64,000 nucleotides of DNA, taken from positions 15,232 through 79,231 of the forward strand of contig JASMKR010000004.1 of the NCBI GenBank assembly GCA_030749075.1, written 5' to 3'. Under the pieces are notes generated by a model. That model was not told the origin of the DNA. It ran no database searches and was given only the letters and a program-made list of their open reading frames with translations. The translations under genes were made by a program, and so were the position numbers. Positions 32,251-40,598 of this stretch are shown piece by piece. This DNA is from Candidatus Thalassarchaeaceae archaeon (GTDB taxonomy: Archaea; Thermoplasmatota; Poseidoniia; Poseidoniales; Thalassarchaeaceae). How positions within the stretch are numbered: position 1 is the stretch's first letter; each line of letters starts with the position of its first letter.

Positions 32251-34038
32251 TCAGCGACCCCAGAAATGCTCCTCCTTTCTGTGCAGGGCCAGCAAATCCT
32301 CGAAGACCTCGCGCTCGGCCGCAGTCATCTCCATCTTCCTCAGCTTCCTAGCATGCGACTCGGGGATGTCCACCAGCAGGACGTCCCCCTCGTCAATCTG
32401 CCTGCCGACGGTGACGCCTTCTACAGCAATGGCCACCTCAGCCCCCTGTATCGCCTCCTTCATGCTCTCTTGGCCCGATCGAATCGACTTGATCTGACCC
32501 AATCGCCTGCCCTCCTTCAGCAGCCTCTGCCCCACGTGGATTCGGCCTGCGAGCACCCTGACTCCCACCACTGCGGGTTTCGACACCCTGAACGTATGGT
32601 CCGGCAGGAGCATAACCCTGCCCGGGTAGATAACCTTCTCACGTCTCTCCTCCTCCAATTCCAGACTTCTCTGCTGGACCCATTCCTCGTGCTCCTCGAG
32701 GATGCGGTAGATGATGTCGGAGCCGATGTGCCGAACGCCAGCTTCCGAGTCCTCGATCTCGACCTCGGCCTCTGCGAGGATGTCGGTGCTGAATGCCATG
32801 ATGACTCTGTGCAATGGGTCTGAGGAGGCCTCGGCGCTTCGCACGTCACGACGGCTGACCTTGCCTATCGAGGCCTCCCTAATCGGGATCTCCTTGCCCC
32901 CGAGCTCCTTGGCGAGCGCCTCGAGGCCACCGACGGTGTCTGACTTGATGCACACTCCCTCCTCATCGAGCTCTACGGAGAGTTTGGCCTCCTCGTTGGC
33001 CGCGGCCATCGCCCCCGCCCTCTCTTCGTCGGAGTTGACCACGCGCAGGGTGGTGCCCACGAGGACCTCCTCCAGCGAAGGGGCGCTGATCTTTACCCCA
33101 GCCGCCGCATAGGCGACCTCGGAATCGTCCCAGCGGTTGCCAGCATCCCTCATCTCGCTCATGCCCCTCGGGCAGAAAAGCCCCTTCACGTGGGTGCTAA
33201 CTCCCCCTTGGCCGGTCACTAGAACGACCTCGTCCCCCTTGCGGATGGATCCGCGGTGGAGGATCAAATCGAGCGTCTTGCCGAGGCCGCGCTCCTCTTT
33301 CATCTCTAGGATGGTGCCCTCCCCCGAGCCCTCGATGTCGGTGAGCTGCTCTGCGAGGAATCGCTCGGCGAGCCCTATTACCACGGCCAGCAGGTCTTGG
33401 ACCCCCTCTCCCTCCCTGGCTGAGATTGGGACTAGGGCGATGTCCTTCGTGAAGTCCTGCACCCTGTCGTAGCGCTCTATATTGAATCCATCCTCGGCGA
33501 ATTGCCCGACTAGGTCCCAGTAGCGCTGCTCGAACAGCCCAATCGCCTCCTTCGACTGGTCGCGCATCGCATGGGCCATCGCGCGGCCCCGCTCTGCGTG
33601 CCAGCCGTGTATCCGGTCGACTTTGTTGGCAGCAATCACGAACGGCGTCTTGGACTGCTTGAGGACGCGAACCGACTCCCTCGTCTGTGGCTTGCACCCC
33701 TCCATCACGTCCACGATCAGGATCGCTATGTCGGCAAGCGAGCCGCCTCTGGTTCGCAGCGTGGAGAAAGAGTGGTGTCCGGGTGTGTCGATGAAGAGCA
33801 GGCCGGGCGAGTCGAAGGCCTTCCCCCCCAGCAGTGGCGAGCACAATTCGTTGAGGACGTCCGCCGGGACCTCCGTTGCGCCGATATGCTGGGTTATGCC
33901 ACCAGCCTCGCGATCCATCACCGAGGCGCGACCGTGCTCGCCCAGGGAGCGCACGTGGTCGAGCAGGGAGGTCTTGCCGTGGTCAACGTGCCCTAGCACG
34001 GCGACGATGGGTTGCCTGCGTTCTGCCATTTGACCCAC
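32251..34038 (-). CDS. infB: translation initiation factor aIF5B (IF2 family GTPase)
   Basis: PIVAVLGHVDHGKTSLLD, IDTPGHHSF and ANKVD are present, with full-length colinearity. No intein. Confidence 0.95.
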   Translation of the reverse strand: MGQMAERRQPIVAVLGHVDHGKTSLLDHVRSLGEHGRASVMDREAGGITQHIGATEVPADVLNELCSPLLGGKAFDSPGLLFIDTPGHHSFSTLRTRGGSLADIAILIVDVMEGCKPQTRESVRVLKQSKTPFVIAANKVDRIHGWHAERGRAMAHAMRDQSKEAIGLFEQRYWDLVGQFAEDGFNIERYDRVQDFTKDIALVPISAREGEGVQDLLAVVIGLAERFLAEQLTDIEGSGEGTILEMKEERGLGKTLDLILHRGSIRKGDEVVLVTGQGGVSTHVKGLFCPRGMSEMRDAGNRWDDSEVAYAAAGVKISAPSLEEVLVGTTLRVVNSDEERAGAMAAANEEAKLSVELDEEGVCIKSDTVGGLEALAKELGGKEIPIREASIGKVSRRDVRSAEASSDPLHRVIMAFSTDILAEAEVEIEDSEAGVRHIGSDIIYRILEEHEEWVQQRSLELEEERREKVIYPGRVMLLPDHTFRVSKPAVVGVRVLAGRIHVGQRLLKEGRRLGQIKSIRSGQESMKEAIQGAEVAIAVEGVTVGRQIDEGDVLLVDIPESHARKLRKMEMTAAEREVFEDLLALHRKEEHFWGR

Positions 34039-34057
34039 CTCATGCTACTCACTCTTT

Positions 34058-34480
34058 TCAGTCCTCGAGACCATTGGGGAACCAGAGCCCCAATTCGAAT
34101 GCCGCTGTGTCCTCACCGTCCGATCCGTGGATGACGTTGTGGTCGATGCTCCGGGCGAAGTCCGCGCGGATCGTCCCCGGCTCGGCATCCTCCCAGTTGG
34201 TGGCACCGATCAGCCTGCGCGAGGCTGCGATTGCGTCCTCGCCGTGCCAGGCCATGGCCACAACTGGCCCAGAGGTGATGAAATCGATTAGATCGGGGTA
34301 GAAGGGGCGCTCTTTGTGCACAGAGTAGTGCGCTTCTGCGAGTTCCAGGGGGGGCGTCATGTCGCGCCTGCCCAGCATCCGCAGCCCGATGCCCTCGAAG
34401 CGTCCGATTATCTCGTCAGCAAGGCCCCGCTCGACACCGTCGGGCTTGACCATGATGAATGTGGTTTGAGTCTCTGCCAT
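34058..34480 (-). CDS. ndk: nucleoside diphosphate kinase
   Basis: [18 protein letters not shown]...[13 protein letters not shown]...R.LIGATN...NVIHGSD. Confidence 0.93.
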   Translation of the reverse strand: MAETQTTFIMVKPDGVERGLADEIIGRFEGIGLRMLGRRDMTPPLELAEAHYSVHKERPFYPDLIDFITSGPVVAMAWHGEDAIAASRRLIGATNWEDAEPGTIRADFARSIDHNVIHGSDGEDTAAFELGLWFPNGLED

Positions 34481-34561
34481 GGAGCGGGCGACCCACCACC
34501 CCTATTTCAACGCAAAGCACGCAGGCAAATGCTTGATGAGCCAGCGGGCGCACGTGCGGAC

Positions 34562-35032
34562 ATGAGGGCATTGTCGGCGCTCCTGCTGTCCGCCTGCCTG
34601 CTACTGCCCGGCTGCATGGACAGGGTCGGCGACACCGTCAACCCCGAGCAGGAACTGTTCGACGACAACACCTTCGTCAACGAGGACGAGCACATTAAGC
34701 TGACTTGGACCATCGACTCGGCTGCGATCATCAGGATTGCCTTCGAGAAGCAGGAGGGCCCCAAAGTGGACCTCTACACTATGACCGAGGTCAACTACGA
34801 GAAGTACAAGCAATGTGCTGAGGGCGAGCAGGAGAGCTTCGTCTACCTGGCCGATCTGAGTGACCCGAACACCGCGGCGGCCAATCTAGAGGCGACCGTA
34901 GACTCGGGCACCTATGTAACCGTAATCGACAACACGGACTGCGGCGAGGCCCAGCCTCCCGATCAGGGAGGGCTTCTGACTAGCGACGAGAACGACAGGG
35001 CAAGGGTGGACTACAGGATTACCGCTCAGTGA
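34562..35032 (+). CDS. lipoprotein, hypothetical
   Basis: MRALSALLLSACLLLPGC gives signal and lipobox. The 5' part of the track ORF (34316-34561) is antisense to ndk, so it was trimmed. Confidence 0.55.
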   Translation: MRALSALLLSACLLLPGCMDRVGDTVNPEQELFDDNTFVNEDEHIKLTWTIDSAAIIRIAFEKQEGPKVDLYTMTEVNYEKYKQCAEGEQESFVYLADLSDPNTAAANLEATVDSGTYVTVIDNTDCGEAQPPDQGGLLTSDENDRARVDYRITAQ

Positions 35033-35082
35033 AAACCCTATGACTGGCCAATCTTGAAGCGTTTACTTCAGCACCGAACCCC

Positions 35083-35382
35083 GTGAGTACCGGGGATATC
35101 GGCTGTGACCTGGTAATTATGGGGGTCATCGGAATCTTTTGGCTACTGGACCAATTTTTCTACGAAGGCAAGCTCTTCAAATCCATCCATCCCGATGAGC
35201 CCGTCATACCGAAATCGGAGAAATCAGTACAACAACAGCTTCGGACATGCCATTTCGAAGGATGCTACTCACTGTCCTTCAGGTCAACGGAGTACTGCTG
35301 GAAGCATCAGGACGGACAGCCTCACCAGACTGACAGGTTCTCCAAGCCGAACTGGTGGGAGGAGGGCGGAGGCGCCCCCTGA
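35083..35382 (+). CDS. small hypothetical protein with a C-x4-C...C-x2-H cluster
   Basis: GTG start (alternative ATG 35119). A short hydrophobic N-terminus is followed by CHFEGCYSLSFRSTEYCWKH. Visibly lower GC than its neighbours. Confidence 0.4.
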   Translation: MSTGDIGCDLVIMGVIGIFWLLDQFFYEGKLFKSIHPDEPVIPKSEKSVQQQLRTCHFEGCYSLSFRSTEYCWKHQDGQPHQTDRFSKPNWWEEGGGAP

Positions 35383-35383
35383 A

Positions 35384-35575
35384 TCACTTGATGCCGCCCT
35401 TCTCGTAGCGACGAGTCCACTTGAGCCTCCTCGCGTTGCGCTTGAGCTTGAGCATGTTCTTGCGCGCCTTGCTGTCTTTGAACCAGAACACGCTGCCATC
35501 GCGCTTGACGAACATCATGCCGGTGCCCGGCTCGATCTCCTCGTGCGTGAAGCTGCAGATTCTCTGCTCCGGCAT
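35384..35575 (-). CDS. rpl24e: 50S ribosomal protein L24e
   Basis: MPEQRICSFTHEEIEPGTGMMFVKRDGSVFWFKDSKARKN. Confidence 0.9.
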   Translation of the reverse strand: MPEQRICSFTHEEIEPGTGMMFVKRDGSVFWFKDSKARKNMLKLKRNARRLKWTRRYEKGGIK

Positions 35576-35584
35576 CCGATCGCC

Positions 35585-35821
35585 TCATCGCGAACCGAGC
35601 CGGCGTGCCTCGCGACCGGTGTCCCTGAGCATCAGGATGTCACCCGCCCTCCCGTCTTTTGGCTCTCTTACGGGCCCGAGGACGTTCCTCGTGATAATCC
35701 GCCCTATGTCCCGGGGGTTGTTGGAGTCCATGACCCGGACCTTGACCTGGGTGGCCTCCCCAGTCAGGCCGGTGCGCCCGACGACCTCCACGACTTGAGC
35801 GGGCCATGATTCAGTCGACAT
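35585..35821 (-). CDS. rps28e: 30S ribosomal protein S28e
   Basis: [21 protein letters not shown]...[13 protein letters not shown]...[16 protein letters not shown]. Confidence 0.88.
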   Translation of the reverse strand: MSTESWPAQVVEVVGRTGLTGEATQVKVRVMDSNNPRDIGRIITRNVLGPVREPKDGRAGDILMLRDTGREARRLGSR

Positions 35822-35847
35822 CTTGACTCCTCACTTTTTCGAATCAT

Positions 35848-36228
35848 TCAGGAGGACAGAGCCTCGAAGTGACCCTTGACTTCGTTGAAGCGATCCATCC
35901 CGTCCTTCTCCACCTGCATGACGGCGATGGCCGCCGTGCGCGTTCCCATGCTCATGCCAGCGGCCTCTGCTAGGTACGACTGGTCCTCGACGTAGATGAA
36001 CGGGATTCCCTTTTCGCGGCAGATCATCGGAATGTGGGCCAGTAACTCGCCCGGGTTCACGTTCTCGGCCATGACGACCATCTGGGCAGTGCCGCGCTCC
36101 GCTGACTTGGTCACCTCGTTGGCTCCCTTCTTTAGCCGCCCGCGACCGTCCTTGCCGAGGCTCTTGACCATCTCGTAGACTTGCTCTTGGACATCTTGGG
36201 GTGTCTCGAACGCTATGTGTACACTCAT
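35848..36228 (-). CDS. rpl7ae: 50S ribosomal protein L7Ae (K-turn binding)
   Basis: MSVHIAFETPQDVQEQVYEMVKSL...LKKGANEVTKSAERGTAQMVVMAENVNPGELLAHIPMICREKGIPFIYV. The track ORF (to 36510) over-extends into prs antisense. Confidence 0.9.
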   Translation of the reverse strand: MSVHIAFETPQDVQEQVYEMVKSLGKDGRGRLKKGANEVTKSAERGTAQMVVMAENVNPGELLAHIPMICREKGIPFIYVEDQSYLAEAAGMSMGTRTAAIAVMQVEKDGMDRFNEVKGHFEALSS

Positions 36229-36319
36229 TGGATCGACTCCTCGTGTTTGGTAAGCCGCCGCACGGCATGGCCGATATAAACGCAGCGTATCTGCTTCTAA
36301 TCGCCTTGCAACGGGACTC

Positions 36320-37249
36320 TCATCCGATGAGCTTCCCAACGCCTCTTGCGAGGGCGGGAGCGGCGGATACGTTGGCCCTCGGATTGGGCAGGGAATCGGT
36401 GGTATGGACGCCATCGACATGGCTGGCCAGGCGTGAGAGGGCACCACCAGTGAACAGCCCGTGCGTGCAAGCAGCGTGAACCTCCTTGGCACCCTGTCTG
36501 CGAAGCGCATCGCTGGCCCGGCAGATTGTGCCGCCGGTGCTAATCATGTCATCCACTATGGCAACCACCTTGCCGGAAACATCGAGGTCCTTCGGTGCAT
36601 GCTCGATGGTGTGGGCGTCTATCCTGGTCTTCTCGAGGTAGGAGAACTCGCACCCAATCAGTCCGGCCACCTCCGAGGCTCTGGAAATTGCACCCTTGTC
36701 GGGGCTTAGGATGAAATCCGGGGAGACGTCCTCGCCCAGCCTGTCGGCAATCTCTGACATCGAGCTCACAAACTCGACTGGCAGACTCATTCCATCTAGG
36801 ACCTCTGGAGCGTGGAGATCGAGGATGACGATGCCGTCGCAACACTCGGCGAGGACTTCAGCGATTACCCTGGCAGATACTGACTCTCCAGGGGAGAAGC
36901 GCTTGTCCTGTCGGGCGTAGCCATAGTACGGAACCGCTAGGATTACTCCTGGGCCGACGTCATCCATCCGCTGCTCTCCCTCTCCCTTGAGGTTAGCGAG
37001 GTCCCCTCGACGGACGTCGTTTATCGCACCCAGAAGCAGAACTGTCTGCATGATGCCCGAGTCGGGATAGGTGTTCGAGACCAGGACCACAGTTTCCGAT
37101 CTGAGCGATTCGATGGCCTCTAAGGGCACCTTCACGTACGCCTCCCCGTCCGGGAACCTCCTGCTTTCCAACCGGATGTGACTCATCCCGAGGATTGTCG
37201 CTAGCGACTCGGCAATGTTCCCGCCTGAGGCCCCGCTCAGAACCGGCAT
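36320..37249 (-). CDS. prs: ribose-phosphate pyrophosphokinase
   Basis: AVPYYGYARQDKRF and the PRPP loop VVAIVDDMISTGGT. Start chosen at MPVLSGASGGNIAESLA (37249); the ORF could extend to 37306. Confidence 0.88.
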   Translation of the reverse strand: MPVLSGASGGNIAESLATILGMSHIRLESRRFPDGEAYVKVPLEAIESLRSETVVLVSNTYPDSGIMQTVLLLGAINDVRRGDLANLKGEGEQRMDDVGPGVILAVPYYGYARQDKRFSPGESVSARVIAEVLAECCDGIVILDLHAPEVLDGMSLPVEFVSSMSEIADRLGEDVSPDFILSPDKGAISRASEVAGLIGCEFSYLEKTRIDAHTIEHAPKDLDVSGKVVAIVDDMISTGGTICRASDALRRQGAKEVHAACTHGLFTGGALSRLASHVDGVHTTDSLPNPRANVSAAPALARGVGKLIG

Positions 37250-37322
37250 TTGAAGCGAGGGGGACCGCGACCCCTTCATGATGCTTCTTATCGATGCCAG
37301 AGGCACGATTCGGCGAGTGAGT

Positions 37323-37400
37323 TGGTGGGCATGACAGGATTTGAACCTGCGACCTCCCGGTTATCAGCCGGGTGCTCCAGCCAAACTAAGCTACACGCCC
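37323..37400 (-). tRNA. tRNA-Ile (anticodon GAU), CCA encoded
   Basis: The reverse complement reads GGGCGTGTAGCTTAGTTTGGCTGGAGCACCCGGCTGATAACCGGGAGGTCGCAGGTTCAAATCCTGTCATGCCCACCA. Acceptor GGGCGTG/CATGCCC has one G-T pair. Anticodon loop CTGATAA. T-loop TTCAAAT. Confidence 0.88.
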
Positions 37401-37441
37401 TTGAGCAGCAATGCCACGTTGGTCGATGATTTGAAGCCTAC

Positions 37442-38038
37442 TCAAGCCACGGTACGGTCGTCTTGGTGATGCTCGTTCAACTTCAGGTAACTAGGCAGGG
37501 TCATCAGCCTCGAGAATGTGCACTTGAGGATGACCTCGTCCAACCTGGCAGTGGTTCTGGCAAGCTGGCCGCAAGGAACCACAATGAACTCTGGCAGATT
37601 GTGTCTGGATCTGACCATGAAGTGCGGCTTGACCAGCAACCCCTTGTACGTGCGCTTGATCTTGATGAGGTCGACCACGTTGCCTATGTCCATGCCATCG
37701 TTGTCGAGCACGGCCCGGTCCAACAGTTCGTCTGTGGCATAGAGTTGGTCCTCTATCCTCACCGTGTTCCTCCAGCGCCGCTGAAGCTCCCTCATGGACT
37801 TTGACAGCTTCACACAGCCATCTGACCGGATGCTGTGAACCAGTTCCTTGGCCAACGGCGCGCACTCGGCCGCCTTGCGCATGTACTCGCTGGCAACGCC
37901 TTCGTCCACCTGGATCCTCATGGATCTGACGAACTCGTCCCTCGGATGGAACCTCTCGCCGACGATCACGCCCACGAGCTTCTCTCCAACGTACACATCT
38001 CTCTGTATCAATTCCTGAATTTCGTAGTCCTCTACCAT
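37442..38038 (-). CDS. PRC-barrel-like domain protein, hypothetical
   Basis: LLDRAVLDNDGMDIGNVVDLIKI resembles the PRC-barrel core. Start at 38038 (MVEDYEIQ) or 38065. Confidence 0.5.
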   Translation of the reverse strand: MVEDYEIQELIQRDVYVGEKLVGVIVGERFHPRDEFVRSMRIQVDEGVASEYMRKAAECAPLAKELVHSIRSDGCVKLSKSMRELQRRWRNTVRIEDQLYATDELLDRAVLDNDGMDIGNVVDLIKIKRTYKGLLVKPHFMVRSRHNLPEFIVVPCGQLARTTARLDEVILKCTFSRLMTLPSYLKLNEHHQDDRTVA

Positions 38039-38070
38039 TCTCTCCCTCCCGGGAGTAGAGTGCACCCCCC

Positions 38071-38105
38071 GTGCTTCTCCGGGGGTAGAGGGAGTGGAGA
38101 AGCAC
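38071..38105. repeat. 10-bp perfect inverted repeat (hairpin) bordering the AT-rich island
   Basis: gtgcttctcc (38071-38080) and ggagaagcac (38096-38105) are separated by a 15-nt G-rich loop. Confidence 0.7.
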
Positions 38106-38228
38106 TTATAATATTCGATAATAAATTCCGATAATTCAATTGAAATTTTTTATTCTAATCAAATTTTTCAATTGGAAAATTAATTTTAATTTAATTATTT
38201 GATACATTATCAGAATTCAGATTATTCC
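38106..38228. promoter_or_regulatory. extreme AT-rich island (about 16% G+C by hand count) in a divergent intergenic region
   Basis: ttataatattcgataataaattccgataattcaattgaaattttttattctaatcaaatttttcaattggaaaattaattttaatttaattatttg... It contains several TATA-like runs, the direct repeat (a)ttc(c)gataat twice, and caattg palindromes flanked by a/t runs. Confidence 0.6.
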
Positions 38229-38309
38229 CCTTTCCGAGCTGTTTCGATGCCCCTATCCCAGAACCTGCTCCTGAGAACGTTGATGTGAGGACTCGACACC
38301 GCTGGTGAC

Positions 38310-39671
38310 ATGGGGTTGGGGGCCGACCTTGTCCATTCCACTTTGAGTCGTCACATGCTTGCCGACGGCTACGAGTTCGTGATCGATTTGGATAAGTCGT
38401 CTGGCTGCTACTTCCATGATTCCAAGAGCGGACGCGACATTCTCGATTTGTTCTCATGCTTCGCCTCGCTTCCGCTCGGATGGAACCATCCCGATTTGGT
38501 TGCAGCCAAGGGCGAACTCGCTCGGGCTTCGGTGAACAAGGTGGCCAATTCAGATCTCTACACGGAGGCCATGGCGGAGGCTGTGGATGCCTTCGGCACC
38601 ATCGCCGCGCCTTCGTACCTGCCTCAGCACTTCTTTGTCTCGGGAGGCGCGCTCGCCATCGAGAACACGATGAAGGCAGCGATGGACTGGAAATCTCACC
38701 AACGCGAGGCAAAGGGGATCGACTCGCCAGGGGATTTCGATTGGGCGGATGACCACAAGAAGTCATCACAACTAACGATTGGTCACCTAAGGGAGGCTTT
38801 TCACGGTCGCTCTGGTTACACTCTCTCAGTCACCAATACCGATCCGACGAAGACCGCACGCTATGCAAAATTCGATTGGCCGCGCTTCGATAACCCGAAG
38901 GTCAACTTTCCATTGAACGATTCTGAGAACGCTCGATTGGACACTTGTGAGGCTTCTACTTTGGACTCGATCAGGTCCCATGCGGAATCCAACCCCGACA
39001 CGATGTCTGCGATTATCATGGAACCCATTCAGGGCGAGGGAGGTGACAACCACTTCCGCGACTCCTTCCTGCGCGACATGAGATCAGTTTGCGACGAGGT
39101 CGATGCCCTGCTCATTTTCGATGAGGTGCAGACCGGTATGGGTTCAACTGGAAGGATGTGGGCCCATCAGCACGCCGATGTCGAGCCCGACATGATTGCC
39201 TTTGGGAAGAAATCTCAGGTTTGCGGGCTAATGGCCAGCACCCGCCTCAAGGAGTTCGATGACAACGTCTTCGAGGTCTCGAGCAGGATAAACTCGACTT
39301 TCGGGGGTAACCTCACCGACTACGTTCGTGCCCGCCTGATTCTTGAGACCATTCAGCGAGACGAACTCGTTAGGAACGCTGAGCTAGTCGGCGCTGAGTT
39401 GATGACGGGTTTGGAGGAGTTTGGCGAAACTCACGAGATTGTCAGCAACGTCAGGGGTCGCGGCCTCTTCGCCGCCTTCACTCTGCCGAACACCGAGATT
39501 CGTAACAAGTTCAACTCCGTCTGCTTGGACTCTGGCATGCACGTGCTTAACTCGGGAATGCAGAGCATCAGGCTGCGCCCGAGCCTGACTTTCTCCTCCG
39601 ACGATGTCAACGAGGCCCTCAACATCCTCGAAGGCGTGGCAAACAGTATTGAGTCAGCGGTCGTAGCCTAG
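38310..39671 (+). CDS. lat: L-lysine 6-aminotransferase-like class III PLP aminotransferase
   Basis: Long colinear matches to actinobacterial LAT as I recall it: DL..S.G.Y..D...GR..LD.F..FAS..LG.NHP; GGALA.EN..KAA.DWK; AFHGRSGYTLS.TNT.PT.TAR..KFDWPR; EPIQGEGGD.HFR; DALLIFDEVQTG; AFGKK.QVCG; S.GGNLTD.VRA. Confidence 0.85.
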   Translation: MGLGADLVHSTLSRHMLADGYEFVIDLDKSSGCYFHDSKSGRDILDLFSCFASLPLGWNHPDLVAAKGELARASVNKVANSDLYTEAMAEAVDAFGTIAAPSYLPQHFFVSGGALAIENTMKAAMDWKSHQREAKGIDSPGDFDWADDHKKSSQLTIGHLREAFHGRSGYTLSVTNTDPTKTARYAKFDWPRFDNPKVNFPLNDSENARLDTCEASTLDSIRSHAESNPDTMSAIIMEPIQGEGGDNHFRDSFLRDMRSVCDEVDALLIFDEVQTGMGSTGRMWAHQHADVEPDMIAFGKKSQVCGLMASTRLKEFDDNVFEVSSRINSTFGGNLTDYVRARLILETIQRDELVRNAELVGAELMTGLEEFGETHEIVSNVRGRGLFAAFTLPNTEIRNKFNSVCLDSGMHVLNSGMQSIRLRPSLTFSSDDVNEALNILEGVANSIESAVVA

Positions 39672-39679
39672 TTGGTAGA

Positions 39680-40357
39680 ATGCCCAGGGTCGTCTACATC
39701 GACGGAGTCGATGACGGGTTCCGAGCGGCCCTTGTAGATCGTCTGCGGCGTGCAGGAGCCAACCTAGCGGAGGACAAGGAGGCGGAATTCAGAGTAGGCT
39801 TGGGAGATGGTGCGAGCGGGGACATCGTCATCATACCAAGTAATGCGTCTCATGGGAATGCCAGACTGGTAGTGCGCGTCCACGACATGATCCTCCCTTC
39901 AGGTGGCGGAGGATGGGGGACGGGAATACTCAGAGATTGGGTCGAGGGAGTCAAGGGGGGGGAGATCAAACACCATCCCAGTGCTACCAAAGCGAGTTAT
40001 TGGGTCCACGTCAGGGACGTCGTCGACGCCATGACTATCCTGATAATGGCAGAAGGGGAGATTATTGCCAACGGCACCATCGATATGTGCGGAAGGAGGG
40101 CATGGGCGGATAAGGACGTGATCGACGAGATCGAGCTTCTGTGGCATCGCTACCTCAATGCCATCCACCACTCTCACACCGTGGAGTCGCTCTCTGGCGT
40201 TCCTAGCCCAGTAAGAGGAGACTCCCCAAACCCCACCCCCAGGCCAGACCTGGGTCCATTGCACGAGGCGCTCATCGAAGCGGGGGGCGACGGTTGGCAC
40301 CCAATAGTCCCGATGCGAACAGCCCTGATGGAGCTGATTGCGCTAAGCAGTGGATGA
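39680..40357 (+). CDS. hypothetical protein, degenerate NAD-epimerase-like fold (tentative)
   Basis: 225-aa ORF 8 nt after lat. Contains YWVHVRDVVDAMTILI, like the epimerase/dehydratase YxxxK-region context, but has no GxxGxxG. Confidence 0.45.
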   Translation: MPRVVYIDGVDDGFRAALVDRLRRAGANLAEDKEAEFRVGLGDGASGDIVIIPSNASHGNARLVVRVHDMILPSGGGGWGTGILRDWVEGVKGGEIKHHPSATKASYWVHVRDVVDAMTILIMAEGEIIANGTIDMCGRRAWADKDVIDEIELLWHRYLNAIHHSHTVESLSGVPSPVRGDSPNPTPRPDLGPLHEALIEAGGDGWHPIVPMRTALMELIALSSG

Positions 40358-40362
40358 TTCAA

Positions 40363-40545
40363 TCAGCGGCTGTTCTTGTCGCCCTGGACTCGGACGCGGA
40401 CATCTTGGGCCGCTCCCTTGGCCGCCTGCATCACCTTTCTTACACGTGTTCCGGCGGCGCTGTTGCCGCCATCGTGCTTCTCGGCATCGCCGAGGGCATC
40501 CGTTAGCTCGTTAATCATGTTCTGTACCATGTCCTTCACTGACAT
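40363..40545 (-). CDS. Hc1-like (histone H1-like) small basic protein (tentative)
   Basis: MSVKDMVQNMINELTDALGDAEKHDGGNSAAGTRVRKVMQAAKGAAQDVRVRV resembles the chlamydial/bacterial Hc1 pattern (...EKGNKAAAxRVRK...K.AK..R) as I recall it. Trimmed from the 40602 ORF start to avoid overlap with dys. Confidence 0.45.
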   Translation of the reverse strand: MSVKDMVQNMINELTDALGDAEKHDGGNSAAGTRVRKVMQAAKGAAQDVRVRVQGDKNSR

Positions 40546-40598
40546 GAGCCCGCCGAGATGAGGTCCATTATTAGCCGTTACGCCGGAATTATGCCTGT

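Noticed and set aside
36229-36510. 5' extension of the L7Ae ORF (220 aa). I also looked for an autoregulatory K-turn in the L7Ae leader.
   Set aside because: The extension overlaps the prs 3' end in antisense, and L7Ae homology starts at MSVHIAF (36228). I looked for tandem sheared G-A / C-D-box-like elements between the TTTATAT box and the ATG, and could not support one by eye.
38191-38769. 192-aa minus-strand ORF running from inside lat into the AT-rich island.
   Set aside because: It is antisense to a strongly supported lat gene. The translation is Arg/Pro/Ser-rich.
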